DNA of 64,000 bases from a virus (taxonomy: Duplodnaviria > Caudoviricetes). The stretch lies in IMG/VR virus record IMGVR_UViG_3300028591_000169, positions 15,414 to 79,413 of that record; one strand, 5' to 3'. This document shows, one piece after another, positions 37,904-47,875 of the stretch (position 1 is its first letter; each line of letters opens with the position of its first letter). Below the pieces are notes generated by a model. That model was given only the letters and a program-made list of their open reading frames with translations, ran no database searches and was not told the DNA's origin. A program made the translations under genes and the position numbers.

Positions 37904-40030
37904 TTACTGAGTTCCACCAGCCGCAATCCAACCGTCGGCATACAGATTACCATTGACGTGCAGGGCGCCATTGTCGTATGTGAGCGTAACGCCGCCAATT
38001 GTAACGCTTGTAGAGAAATCTGCATCAACGCCATAGACATCAGAGAATCGCTTCGAAGAACTACCAAGCGCGGAGGTATTGTTAGATGCCGGTAACAGAT
38101 CTACGGAACTAAGCGTAACATCGTTGGTAGAGAAAGTCTTTGCGCCGGTAATGGTCTGCGTTGTTCCCTTCGTAACGTATATATCTGAAAGGTTCTTGAT
38201 GAAATGACCTATAGTACCGCTGGAATAAGACGCGCTGTCATCATATCCAATATGGGCTGCATTAGTAGGGATATTGAAACTTGCAGTCCCAGAGGCGGGA
38301 TTGTAATTCCCAGCAGTGAACGCACCGGCGGCAAGAGAAAGCTGATAAATATCGATATCAACATTCCCGGATGTACCAATCGACGTCCCGTTTACGGAAA
38401 CGCCGGTAATTGTGCCAATGTTACTCGTCTTCGAATTCCAATTGGAAATATCAGATGAGGTTATACCATAAGCGGCATCATCATCAGTCATGACAGTGCC
38501 AAGATCAACAAGACCAGAAGAACCGACAACTGCACCATTCATCCTGATACCAGTTATCGTTCCTACATTTGAAGTCTTGCTGTTCCAGTTAGTAATATCA
38601 GACGATGTAATTCCATAAGCGGCAGAAGCTGCAAATACAGGATCCGTTTCAACTGAAGGAGTATCACCTCCGCCAACAGGGGCGATAATATCGTAAGACG
38701 TTCCGCCAGTTCCACCAATTCTGATAGTGGCAACACGAACGCCCTGAGAAGCAGGGAGAAGATTGCTGATTTCAACGGAACCGCCAGCTGCATTCCATCT
38801 CGAAATATCGCTCGTGGTAATGCCATACGCGGGGCTCGCGGTAAAAATCGGATCGATTTCAGAGACGGGTCCACTTCCCGCAACCGAAAGCACGCCATTG
38901 GTAATGCTTAATCCACTACCTACGATAATGCCACCCGGAGTAGAAGTTGTTGCATACTTAAGCGATATCTGCCCACTTGTAATATCAATACCAGCGCCAG
39001 GAGTATAAGAACCGCCACCTCCGCCAGAGCCACCAGAGCCGATACCGCCAGCAGCGATCCAGCCATCAGCATAAACATTTCCAATGAAATGCCAAGCCTC
39101 ATTGATGTTATCCCATTCTACAAGAGACTTCGAACTTGACAACTGGAACGACTGGATACCGGTAAGGGCCTGAGCTTCAGAAGTAGCACGAACGGGCGTA
39201 GTACCGATATAGCCGGAAACGCCACCGCCGCCTCCACCTGTAACAAGTTTAGCCACCCACTTGGAAGCGGAAGAACTATAGACGAGGCTGTCTCCGTCCT
39301 GAACGGCACTACCGTCAGCACGAAGAACTTTCAAACCGTCATTCTTTACGTCAAGAAGTTGACGGAGATAACTCGAGCCACCGGGACCGGTACCTCCGGG
39401 GACAACAACATACGCTCTACCTTCGCCATCAAGTCGAACAGCATAGTCATTACTGCCGGTTTCCTGATAGCCAAGGAACATTCCACCAAGCCTATCAGAT
39501 GTAGCGGGCTGAAGATTGAATGTACTCGTAACAGACAGTGTACCATCAGGTAATATATCGAGACCGCCACCAACACGGATACCGCCTAGACGAGAAGCCG
39601 TAGCGGTAGGCAGTTCATACTGAGAAGAATCACCAGGATCACCTTTTGGACCCTGTGGCCCAGTAGGACCAGCAGGACCCTGAGGACCGGCAGCACCATT
39701 GGCACCAGCAGGACCAGTTGCGCCAGTTGCACCGGTGTCGCCTTTCTGTCCCTTCAGTGACGCAAGGAAATCAGATTCAGTCCCAGTATGGCCTTCGTCA
39801 AGCCAAATCTGATAAGCGGACTTGCCATCCTGCCCGGATGCGATATCTTCAGGAAGATAGTCATGGATGAGTTTCCGAACACCAATCTTCTTGTTGATGC
39901 CCTCCTGAACGATGGCGACAATCTCGTCACCGTCAAGTTCATGAGCAACAGGAAGGTCCGTGTCGCGAACTCCCATTGTGGCGAGCTGCTTGCGGATTTC
40001 CTCAATCTGTGCTTTGGTAAAGTATTTCAT
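37904..40030 (-). CDS. Tail fibre with collagen-like and internal repeats, 708 aa
   Basis: Gly-X-Y run; YELPTATASRLGGI motifs; two GN(V/L)YADGWIAAGG motifs; three AYGITxSDIxxWN repeats. Confidence 0.75.
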   Translation of the reverse strand: MKYFTKAQIEEIRKQLATMGVRDTDLPVAHELDGDEIVAIVQEGINKKIGVRKLIHDYLPEDIASGQDGKSAYQIWLDEGHTGTESDFLASLKGQKGDTGATGATGPAGANGAAGPQGPAGPTGPQGPKGDPGDSSQYELPTATASRLGGIRVGGGLDILPDGTLSVTSTFNLQPATSDRLGGMFLGYQETGSNDYAVRLDGEGRAYVVVPGGTGPGGSSYLRQLLDVKNDGLKVLRADGSAVQDGDSLVYSSSASKWVAKLVTGGGGGGVSGYIGTTPVRATSEAQALTGIQSFQLSSSKSLVEWDNINEAWHFIGNVYADGWIAAGGIGSGGSGGGGGSYTPGAGIDITSGQISLKYATTSTPGGIIVGSGLSITNGVLSVAGSGPVSEIDPIFTASPAYGITTSDISRWNAAGGSVEISNLLPASQGVRVATIRIGGTGGTSYDIIAPVGGGDTPSVETDPVFAASAAYGITSSDITNWNSKTSNVGTITGIRMNGAVVGSSGLVDLGTVMTDDDAAYGITSSDISNWNSKTSNIGTITGVSVNGTSIGTSGNVDIDIYQLSLAAGAFTAGNYNPASGTASFNIPTNAAHIGYDDSASYSSGTIGHFIKNLSDIYVTKGTTQTITGAKTFSTNDVTLSSVDLLPASNNTSALGSSSKRFSDVYGVDADFSTSVTIGGVTLTYDNGALHVNGNLYADGWIAAGGTQ
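39630..39751 (-). repeat. Collagen-like Gly-X-Y repeat
   Basis: GQKGDTGATGATGPAGANGAAGPQGPAGPTGPQGPKGDPG. Confidence 0.85.
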
Positions 40031-40037
40031 ATCTTAT

Positions 40038-42482
40038 CTATTTCTTTGTTCCTGTTCCTCTTGTCCGTGCGATTTGCTTCTGGGCCTCGATCTTTTTAAG
40101 CTCGATTTCCTTCTTATCTTTTCGCTCGTCATCCTTGGCTCGTAACTCTCTATCGAACTGTCTGATAGATTCAGCAAGTTTCTCTCTTTCGATATCAAGT
40201 TTTTCATGGACTAACTGTTCATCGTTTTCCTCTGCATAAATACCAAGACGGAGATACTCGGCCTGGGAGTTGATTTCCGCAACACGGATCTTGGTCTCAT
40301 TGTCACGCTGGTTGATCGTATCCTTCTGCTGCATCTCAGCCATCTTAGCCTGCTGGTCAGCCTGAATCTTCTGCTGCTCGATCTGCATCTGCTGCTGCTG
40401 GGCTTCCTGTTGCTGCTGCTGAATATCTTTCTCGGATTTCTCCAGAATTCGCACTTTCTCCTGCATGGAAGTGGAAGAATACATGCGAAGGAGTGCAGAG
40501 AATCGCGCACCATTCTGTGCCATCGCCTGCGCAATGGTCTCAATCTGGGATGACAGTTTTTGCGTATCCTGAGAGTTGTCAACCACGAGACCATAATCGG
40601 ACTCGCAGAACTCGTCGCCGTCTATCTCCATAATCTTACGGGAGTAGTCGGAAAGGATATACTGGAACTTCTTGCTCCTTCCACGGAGAGCCGCCTTCGC
40701 ATATTCGATGAAGCACTCGATGACGCGCCGTTTCGTGTCATCGTGCTTCTGGAAAAGCCAGTCCGTGATATAGGAGGACTGAAGGACGGCACGCTCGATG
40801 CCGCCAACCGTTTCTCGGTTATAAGTATTGCCCTCCCGCTGACGATTGATACCAACCAGATCTGACATGGAATCTTTGGTCCACTGGAGCAGTTCAATGT
40901 AATTCTGGATTGACTGGCCCCAGTCGGCATCGATATATCCCTTGCTCGCATTGTTCAGACCACCAGCAAGTTTACCGGTAGCCGCGCCCTTGTTGCCTTC
41001 ATTGAAGGAGTCCTTGATGAGAACCTTGTTGGACCGGGCGAAGTAAAGCCACTTCTCAACCTCCCAGTTCTTTGGCTTCATAGCGAGGTCCATCTCGAGC
41101 AACTTGCCCCAGTTCGTGGCAATAAGGTCCACGAGTTTCGCATGGATGGCGTCGTACATGTAATTATACGGCTTCATCATGTCTATCAGGGAATACGGCT
41201 TGGACTCATTGAGGTTGTAGATAGTGCCGACGATACCGAAGTGGCATCTAGACGGATTGGAAATTGAATTATGCTGGACAAGACAGGGACGCATTCCAAC
41301 ATAAATATCCTCGCCGATCTTCGTGCCTTCCCACGCTTCGTTCACCCAGAGCACCGTAGCTTCCTCTCCGGCATCTTTGTCAGGGATATAGGTCTCGGGA
41401 TAGAAATCGAAGACTTCCTCGCCGGTTACGGGGTCGAAGGACTTGACCTTGTATATCTTTCTCTTGGATTTCCACCAGACATGGATGACGCGGACATTTC
41501 CGGCGACATCATACGGAAGAAGGTCGGAACCTATCGTTCCGCTCAGTTCCGGGAACGCATCGTAGACGAACTCGAGATTATTTCCCTCGACCCAGATGCC
41601 GTTCTCACCGGTAATTCTACCGACGAAAGGATACGCATCATTGATAGCGCCCTCGGCTGTAGTAGGAGATGCCCCTCCGAATTCCGGAAGGTCATCGGAA
41701 AGTTTCTTGATATCGCTCGGGCTCAGCTCATCATAATAGAGCTCGACGATCTTTCCGCGAGAAATGTAGTCTTCGTATATAATGACATCCGCATCCTCGA
41801 CACGATTGGAATAACCGCTGCCGAAGATGCGAAGTTTGATGGGGTTGAGCCGTTTCAGGAACGGTTCTCCACCCGCAATGCCGCACTGATATATCTCACT
41901 GCCAAGACAAGCGTCAACAAAACCATCATTGAAAGTCTGTTTGAAATTGAGCTCCTTGGAGTAATGATGGATGAGTTCGTTCGCACGAATCTCACGCAGG
42001 TCCTGCCAGTTATAGTCGTAGTATTCCTGGCCTTCCTGAATCTGCTTCTGAGCCTGCTGATCATCTATGGACTGGTCTTCGACGATACCCTGCACCATCT
42101 GGAAAAACTCCTGCTTCTTGTCTTCCTCTATCTGAGAGATGGAATAAGGGTTGGTGACGATGACATGCCAGTCGAAAACGCGTGCGGCTTCTTCACCACG
42201 GAGCGTGTTTATCTTGGAGTTGATGATCGGATAATGCTGAATCTTGTCCGGAATGAACGCAGAAGCGATGTTCCCAGGATTCAGCACTGCGGCTATGTCC
42301 TCCATGTGAATGACGCCATTCAGCAAATCGTAGTTGATTTTCATGCTGACGGCGCTTTTTCTCACCGGAGAGTAATTGAAATATGTCCTATTACATCCCC
42401 AGTCAATACACTGACGGCGCCATTTCTCGCCTTTCGACTTGAATGGCAACTTCTGATTGGGGAATGTTGCTCCTAAATCCAT
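40038..42482 (-). CDS. Portal protein, 814 aa
   Basis: crAss portal motifs (FPNQKLPF, INYDLLNG, QHYPIINSKIN.LRGEE, GINRQREG) and a Gln-rich C-terminal coiled coil; directly follows TerL. Confidence 0.9.
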   Translation of the reverse strand: MDLGATFPNQKLPFKSKGEKWRRQCIDWGCNRTYFNYSPVRKSAVSMKINYDLLNGVIHMEDIAAVLNPGNIASAFIPDKIQHYPIINSKINTLRGEEAARVFDWHVIVTNPYSISQIEEDKKQEFFQMVQGIVEDQSIDDQQAQKQIQEGQEYYDYNWQDLREIRANELIHHYSKELNFKQTFNDGFVDACLGSEIYQCGIAGGEPFLKRLNPIKLRIFGSGYSNRVEDADVIIYEDYISRGKIVELYYDELSPSDIKKLSDDLPEFGGASPTTAEGAINDAYPFVGRITGENGIWVEGNNLEFVYDAFPELSGTIGSDLLPYDVAGNVRVIHVWWKSKRKIYKVKSFDPVTGEEVFDFYPETYIPDKDAGEEATVLWVNEAWEGTKIGEDIYVGMRPCLVQHNSISNPSRCHFGIVGTIYNLNESKPYSLIDMMKPYNYMYDAIHAKLVDLIATNWGKLLEMDLAMKPKNWEVEKWLYFARSNKVLIKDSFNEGNKGAATGKLAGGLNNASKGYIDADWGQSIQNYIELLQWTKDSMSDLVGINRQREGNTYNRETVGGIERAVLQSSYITDWLFQKHDDTKRRVIECFIEYAKAALRGRSKKFQYILSDYSRKIMEIDGDEFCESDYGLVVDNSQDTQKLSSQIETIAQAMAQNGARFSALLRMYSSTSMQEKVRILEKSEKDIQQQQQEAQQQQMQIEQQKIQADQQAKMAEMQQKDTINQRDNETKIRVAEINSQAEYLRLGIYAEENDEQLVHEKLDIEREKLAESIRQFDRELRAKDDERKDKKEIELKKIEAQKQIARTRGTGTKK

Positions 42483-42551
42483 AAATCTGCACAGTTTACA
42501 TGGCGAATTTATTCTTTAATCCACCACGAACTACACAGATAAATGAAACGC

Positions 42552-44804
42552 TTACAGGTCGAAAGCTGATTTATATTGCGGGCCCAACTTCTCAAGATGT
42601 CGTTTCCAGTCCTTGTCGAAGAAATCGTCATCTGATACTTCGTCGAAAGTCTGTTCGTTGGCGCTCGGCGACCCGCCATACAAGACGATGAAGTGTTCCC
42701 GATATAGCATCACTTGTGCAAGAGCGGAAACACGGTCCGTATTGACTTCTGGGGCATATGAAATCAGTTCCTGGAGAAGCGCACGGTTACGAAGTCGATA
42801 CAGTTGCGGGACTTCCTCCTGATGGATTTCGCCTCGTTCGTCCTTTACATCGACGGTATATGTCTTGTTCAGCCAGTCTTTGATGAGTCCGTTTGCGAAG
42901 AAGTTGACTCCGGCGTTGACGGTGACTCCCTTAATTGCGGAACCGAACATACTATATTTGACCAGTTGCCTTTCGCGAAGATAATCAGGACAGTCTGCAA
43001 GCATCCAAGTGCATCTCTTCGTTGCAAAATACGAGAACAAGCCCTTCTTATTTGACTCGTACAGACAAGTAGCGTTATAGAATATACAGAGCAGCCTTAC
43101 TATCTCATAATTGTCATTTGCGAATGGTTTACGTCCAGTATATTCCGCGACTATGGAATCCGTAAACAAGTCAAAGACGAAGCATGAGAACAAAGATGAT
43201 GATTCCGCCTGATCATTATCAACCGGGTCAACACCTATGATATACCGATGTGTCGGAATTGTTCCAGAACAAGGCATCTCAAATATTTCTAGCGCACCCT
43301 GCTCGGTATTGTCTACGGGCCATTTCCTGATAGGAACATCATCTGTAGCCCGGAACTGCACGTTGCCGCCAACATCCACGAGCGTTCCGACATACACATC
43401 ATCATAAGCGCGAGGGTCCATATCCAGTTGCCGTAGACGCTCATTGAGCATCACTACGGGGAAGAAGTTCGACTTTACCTTCAAGATCGCTTCCGCGGGT
43501 GTGATAGGCATCTGGGCTATACGGGAGAGAAGAGAAGCGGCATCGCCACCCTGCTTTACCATGTATCGCTCCATTAGTATTTCCATCAGGGCGGCAACGA
43601 CATCGGAGTTTCCGTCCTTGTCCATGCATCCAGCGCGAGAGATATACGACGGGAAGAAATAGGCGAACTTCTGCGTTCCCTTGCCGGTCTTGTCATACAC
43701 GTTGTCGAGGGCGTATACCTCATAAGCGTCCGGATTGTACAGCATCGTCTTGATACCGGAAAAATCTGACTCTTTGTCACCAGCAGTACCAACAGCTATC
43801 AACTGCGCGAATACGTTGGAACCTTCCTTCACGGAATCTCGCACATTGTTCCAGACTTCCTTGAAGTTCTTATACGAACCCATCTCCTCAAAATAGATAA
43901 AGCCACGCTTGCCTCGGATCTTTCCCTCGTCGTCTTTTACGGACAACGCCATGACGGAGTTTAATGATCCTTTTATGTTTCCGTTGCTGTTCTTGTAGCC
44001 CATTGTCCATATCATCTCCGCCTGAGAGCGCTTTACCATCAACCTCGGGAATTCCGTGTTGGCGGCGCAGAAGTCGACCATCGGAGTGAACTTCGATAGC
44101 GTTCCGTCCTTTTCTGCAAGATATTCCTTCAGGTAGGCGGTAAGAATTGTGGTGACGCGGCGCTTGTTCTCGCCATTCTCGCCAAGGAGAAGATTGTGCG
44201 TCATATCGCTTGCGGTGGAGAAAGACTTGGAACATCCTCTTCGCGCGAGTTCCATGCAGTGCAAACTTCGCATTCGCGCCTGATCACGATAATGATAACG
44301 ATAATATATACCTTCCCAGAAATCCGGAAAATCCTCAACGCGAAGATAGATGCCAGAGGTGCCAGACTTCCTGTTCAGCATTATGGGCGAATAATTCAGG
44401 AAGTAATACAGCAAGCCTGGAATCCATTCGCCGTCAGACTCGCGGATATATCCGTCCCTGCATCGTCTCACTTCTTCATTGAACCACTTACCAAACTCGC
44501 TATTAGGATTTGAATTCGGCTTGAGAAAAGTGTAGCATCCATTCTCCTGATAGAACTTCGCAGCAGGGCGGAAATAATCCATATCCTCCAGGATGTGCGG
44601 ATGCGTGATATCAACAATGATTCTGCCTTTATCATCTCTTGGTAAATCTTTTGCCATTGGCCTATCCTCGCGTATCATGTACTTGAGCATCGGCACAGTA
44701 TCAATGAAGTCCAAGAATTGCTCCTGCACCTCCGACGGAAAAGACTCCAACCATTCTGTCGTGATTGGAGTCTGAAACTTATTTGTTGGAATTATGACAC
44801 TCAT
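42552..44804 (-). CDS. terL: Terminase large subunit, 750 aa
   Basis: Walker A-like ARRGCSKS, Walker [14 protein letters not shown] motif III, nuclease YIIGVDPVD and LYESNKKG. No intein or intron visible. Confidence 0.92.
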   Translation of the reverse strand: MSVIIPTNKFQTPITTEWLESFPSEVQEQFLDFIDTVPMLKYMIREDRPMAKDLPRDDKGRIIVDITHPHILEDMDYFRPAAKFYQENGCYTFLKPNSNPNSEFGKWFNEEVRRCRDGYIRESDGEWIPGLLYYFLNYSPIMLNRKSGTSGIYLRVEDFPDFWEGIYYRYHYRDQARMRSLHCMELARRGCSKSFSTASDMTHNLLLGENGENKRRVTTILTAYLKEYLAEKDGTLSKFTPMVDFCAANTEFPRLMVKRSQAEMIWTMGYKNSNGNIKGSLNSVMALSVKDDEGKIRGKRGFIYFEEMGSYKNFKEVWNNVRDSVKEGSNVFAQLIAVGTAGDKESDFSGIKTMLYNPDAYEVYALDNVYDKTGKGTQKFAYFFPSYISRAGCMDKDGNSDVVAALMEILMERYMVKQGGDAASLLSRIAQMPITPAEAILKVKSNFFPVVMLNERLRQLDMDPRAYDDVYVGTLVDVGGNVQFRATDDVPIRKWPVDNTEQGALEIFEMPCSGTIPTHRYIIGVDPVDNDQAESSSLFSCFVFDLFTDSIVAEYTGRKPFANDNYEIVRLLCIFYNATCLYESNKKGLFSYFATKRCTWMLADCPDYLRERQLVKYSMFGSAIKGVTVNAGVNFFANGLIKDWLNKTYTVDVKDERGEIHQEEVPQLYRLRNRALLQELISYAPEVNTDRVSALAQVMLYREHFIVLYGGSPSANEQTFDEVSDDDFFDKDWKRHLEKLGPQYKSAFDL

Positions 44805-45235
44805 AGCCCTGTGCTACCGAAACCTCCACTACCCCTTTCCGTTTCATCAAGATCATCAATTTCAACCCATTCAACTCTCTCATATTTGGAAACGATAAGT
44901 TGTGCTATCCTATCTCCGTTATTGATTGTAAACGGCTCTGTAGAAAGATTGACAAGTATAACTCCGATGTTACCACGGTAATCAGCATCAATGGTTCCAG
45001 GCGTATTTAAAACAGTAATCCCGTGTTTTGCAGCGAGTCCGCTTCTCGGTCTTACCTGTGCTTCGAAACCACGAGGGAGAGCAATCGACAAATCAGTCAT
45101 CACGACTTTCCTTTCGAGACTTCGAAGAGTTACCGGCTCGTCCAGAACAGCACGCAAATCCATTCCGGCAGATTGCTCGGTAGCGTATTGCGGAGTTTCA
45201 ATGTTCTTGCCGAGTTTCTTTAACTTAACTTGCAT
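44801..45235 (-). CDS. dut: Trimeric dUTPase, 144 aa
   Basis: All five motifs present: [28 protein letters not shown] and [10 protein letters not shown]. Confidence 0.97.
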   Translation of the reverse strand: MQVKLKKLGKNIETPQYATEQSAGMDLRAVLDEPVTLRSLERKVVMTDLSIALPRGFEAQVRPRSGLAAKHGITVLNTPGTIDADYRGNIGVILVNLSTEPFTINNGDRIAQLIVSKYERVEWVEIDDLDETERGSGGFGSTGL

Positions 45236-45254
45236 ATTATCAATTACTTATGCG

Positions 45255-45800
45255 CTAAACGTCCTCACCAACCGCTTTGGATGCGTTGCCTCTTGCTTTG
45301 TCATCTGTTTCAAAGTCTTTTGCCAGTTCCTTTTCGGCTTCGATAAGCGCCTTGGCTAATTCCGGGACCTGCTTAAGTGCAGCAGTCATAGTGGAAACCT
45401 GATAAATGGGTCTGTCGTTCTTATCAAGGGCAAATAAGTCGAACTCGTTGAAGAACTTGCGGAGCTGCTCGATACCCTTACGCATACTTTCAAGAAGGAT
45501 GGAGGCGGTGGTAACAGCCTGCTTACGATAAACAGTCATCGCCTCCTTCAGAAGTTCGGAAGGTTCCCAGTCCTTGCCGAGCCCTTCCTGGGCCTTGATC
45601 TCTGACGACCGCGCATCGTCATCCACGAGATACATGTACGAACTTCGCGGGTCGCACATGAACCACAGATAGGAAATCTGCTTCCAGAATTCCTCCTTCT
45701 TTTTTGACTTATCCTTCTGGAATAGCTCACGGATTGGCCTGACAAGGAGAGCCTCGTCAGCAATCTTGAACTCCATTCCGTCAAATTCAATCAGTTTCAT
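45255..45800 (-). CDS. Conserved crAss protein, candidate terminase small subunit, 181 aa
   Basis: Helical protein upstream of TerL with a DPRS.Y motif; function inferred from position only. Confidence 0.45.
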   Translation of the reverse strand: MKLIEFDGMEFKIADEALLVRPIRELFQKDKSKKKEEFWKQISYLWFMCDPRSSYMYLVDDDARSSEIKAQEGLGKDWEPSELLKEAMTVYRKQAVTTASILLESMRKGIEQLRKFFNEFDLFALDKNDRPIYQVSTMTAALKQVPELAKALIEAEKELAKDFETDDKARGNASKAVGEDV

Positions 45801-45987
45801 GTAATTGCTTTCTTATGGCTTCGTCAAACATCTGCAAAAGTCTTTCTCCGCCTATGAATCCGGGCGCAACCTCCCACAACCCGTCACCAATCTTCCTCGG
45901 ATACTTAGTTGCAGAGAAAACTTGTTTTGCCGCTTCTTCTATCTGCTCAATAGTTAAAGAATTATATCCCTTGGGGCACATTTGCAT
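45787..45987 (-). CDS. Hypothetical protein, 66 aa
   Basis: Track ORF overlapping its neighbours in operon fashion. Confidence 0.45.
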   Translation of the reverse strand: MQMCPKGYNSLTIEQIEEAAKQVFSATKYPRKIGDGLWEVAPGFIGGERLLQMFDEAIRKQLHETD

Positions 45988-46129
45988 TATAGATTTCCAT
46001 CAACTCCTGTGCAAACAAAGAACACTCGCGAGAAACTTCAATATATAATTCTTGCGGGATCTCGTCTTTGTAGTCCGTAATCAAATCCCATATCCTGAAG
46101 ATATGGCTTGCCGCTTCGCTATATTTCAT
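45962..46129 (-). CDS. Hypothetical protein, 55 aa (MKYSEAASHIFRIWDLITDY...)
   Basis: Hand-translated; fills the gap and its ATG overlaps the previous stop (ATGA). Confidence 0.45.
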   Translation of the reverse strand: MKYSEAASHIFRIWDLITDYKDEIPQELYIEVSRECSLFAQELMEIYNANVPQGI

Positions 46130-46365
46130 CGTTCGCTCTTGTTATATTCACCCTCTCGCTTATCATAGCAATCCTTCTTCGCGGATATCGAAGATTTCAT
46201 CGGAGCAGCAGAAGAAGAAATGGTAGTCGGCGCAAGGCAAAATGTTTTCAACGGGTCTAAGACAACAGCGCCATAAGAAGAAGCAGAAATAATCTTCCTT
46301 AAACTGACAACTTCATTGGAAAGCCGAATGTTATCGTCAATAAGGTCATCAATCCTCTTCTCCAT
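46126..46365 (-). CDS. Hypothetical coiled-coil protein, 79 aa
   Basis: Start refined to MEKRIDD, 1 nt after the GroES-like stop and behind AAGGAGG. Confidence 0.45.
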   Translation of the reverse strand: MEKRIDDLIDDNIRLSNEVVSLRKIISASSYGAVVLDPLKTFCLAPTTISSSAAPMKSSISAKKDCYDKREGEYNKSER

Positions 46366-46366
46366 T

Positions 46367-46771
46367 TCACTGTAGGAGTCCTCCTTCGTCGACTTCATAA
46401 TCTTCAACGATATATTCAATGTCACGATCCTGAATGAAAAGATAGTCGATGCCATCAATCGTTATCTTCGGAATCTCATATGCCCACTTCAAGTCATCGG
46501 ACTGAACATTCTCGGCTTCATCAATCTTACCGGGCCTATGCTGTGCGAGTGCATACCTGCTGAAGTTAATCTTAACGACATCACCTTCCTTGACATCGCG
46601 GACAGTACCGCCGACAGAATACACGACCTGATACGGGTTGAGCGCTCCGTCAAGTTTTCTCGTGTCAATGATGAGACTGCCCTCGGAAGTATACTGCTGG
46701 CCAACATACTTCCTTGCGGTGGTAATGACGCCCGTAAAAAGCGGACGAACTTTCTTAATCTTGAATGCCAT
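46367..46771 (-). CDS. GroES-like co-chaperonin, 134 aa
   Basis: IKKVRPL, VVYSVG..VRDVKEGDVV and YLFIQDRDI follow the Cpn10 pattern. Confidence 0.7.
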   Translation of the reverse strand: MAFKIKKVRPLFTGVITTARKYVGQQYTSEGSLIIDTRKLDGALNPYQVVYSVGGTVRDVKEGDVVKINFSRYALAQHRPGKIDEAENVQSDDLKWAYEIPKITIDGIDYLFIQDRDIEYIVEDYEVDEGGLLQ

Positions 46772-46790
46772 AATTAAATTCTGTTAAAAA

Positions 46791-46882
46791 GTGCCGGTGC
46801 GGATAGTGTATTTTTGTATAGCTCTTACAGTATGGATCCGTTTCCCCCGCTTCGGTAATTCGCATCAGCGTTTTTCCGGCAC
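46791..46882 (-). ncRNA. Candidate structured RNA closed by a GTGCCGG/CCGGCAC stem and a U-tract
   Basis: Perfect 7-bp outer stem, inner TGCG/CGCA pairing and small hairpins, followed by TTTTT; sits in the leader of the GroES-like gene. Confidence 0.4.
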
Positions 46883-46898
46883 TGTTGTTAATAAAAAT

Positions 46899-47023
46899 AG
46901 GACAAGGTGGAATTTGAATCCACACGTCCTTCCGAGACTATTATTGGTCATTGAAGTCATCTCAATGTAGGGGTTACTCCTATTTAAGACCATTCTTTAG
47001 CATATCCAATCTGCCTCTTGCCC
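46899..47023 (-). tRNA. Atypical tRNA-like element (type II scaffold with an expanded anticodon domain)
   Basis: Acceptor GGGCAAG/CTTGTCC; D-arm GCA-GATTGGATA-TGC; T-arm GTGGA-TTCAAAT-TCCAC; variable arm GTCT/GGAC. The anticodon arm is replaced by a three-way junction, and no CCA is encoded. Confidence 0.55.
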
Positions 47024-47025
47024 TA

Positions 47026-47487
47026 TTACTTTTTCGGAATGACCTGTCGGGCTGATTTCTTTCCATCCTGCCCGACAAGCCAGACGCGTTCATACATTTC
47101 TTTTCCTCGTTTCTTCTTCAGTGGAGGAGGAGTCTCACCGGAGAGGATGGCAGCAGCCGTGGATTCGATGTCACTCTGTGTTCTCCTGCTCCGGTAAGAG
47201 CTCCTGGGAGCCATTTCTATTTGCTGCGACACATTGGCTCTCCACTTCAGATAGTTGCTGTAAACCGGTCCAATCCTTCCAATGAATGGAATGTGCCTCA
47301 CCTTGACATATTCTTCGAACTTGTCCTTCGAGAATATCTTCCTCGGATTATCGAAGGGAAGAGACCTCGCATCGGCAAAAACAACCTCAAAAAAGGATGC
47401 GAGGATTCTCTTCACTTCTTCCTCAGATACATCATGGCGTGAGGATATCTTCCTGTATCTCTCGTATTCCTTACGGTTCCTACCCAT
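47026..47487 (-). CDS. Conserved basic protein, possibly HU/IHF-like, 153 aa
   Basis: Start refined to MGRNRKE, which overlaps the upstream stop; Arg/Lys-rich with a HIPFIGRIG segment. Confidence 0.45.
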   Translation of the reverse strand: MGRNRKEYERYRKISSRHDVSEEEVKRILASFFEVVFADARSLPFDNPRKIFSKDKFEEYVKVRHIPFIGRIGPVYSNYLKWRANVSQQIEMAPRSSYRSRRTQSDIESTAAAILSGETPPPLKKKRGKEMYERVWLVGQDGKKSARQVIPKK

Positions 47488-47875
47488 TGTTGATGGGATT
47501 GGACTTGGACGACCAGTCAAAAACGATGCACAACATGAACCTCGGGTCTTCCGTCATGTGCGGAATATAGACGCTGTTGATATGCCCGTCGACCAGAAAC
47601 TCGGAAGAACGAAGCTTTCCGAGAATCATCTGGAAATGAGCCTGCGACATACCGAGCGATTCGCGCATATCCTTTCTCGAGTTCTGGGACCAAAGCACTT
47701 CGCGAAGAACTTCTGGATCCGGAATGCTCTCCTTCAGCTTGAAATACTGGATTAGTATCCGAGCCGCAACATCCTTCTCTCGTGAAGACAGTTTCAGCGA
47801 TGGGAAGAATTCAAGAAGCGCACGAAAGAATGAGGTTTCTGTGCATTTCTGTGCTATGAAGTTATTCGGCTTCAT
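47480..47875 (-). CDS. Conserved crAss protein, winged-helix-like, 131 aa
   Basis: RKDMRESLGMSQAHFQMILGKLR is HTH-like. Confidence 0.45.
   Translation of the reverse strand: MKPNNFIAQKCTETSFFRALLEFFPSLKLSSREKDVAARILIQYFKLKESIPDPEVLREVLWSQNSRKDMRESLGMSQAHFQMILGKLRSSEFLVDGHINSVYIPHMTEDPRFMLCIVFDWSSKSNPINNG

Noticed and set aside
46820-46872. Hammerhead ribozyme (CTGATG...GAAAC on the minus strand)
   Set aside because: The core reads CUGAUGC rather than CUGAnGA, and no stem II closes onto GAAA.
46982-46988. Ochre suppressor tRNA that would read through the muzzle TAA
   Set aside because: A TTA anticodon would need C at position 33 and a register shift, and the loop is not a canonical 7-nt loop. 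Many genes here end in TAA, so general suppression would be harmful.
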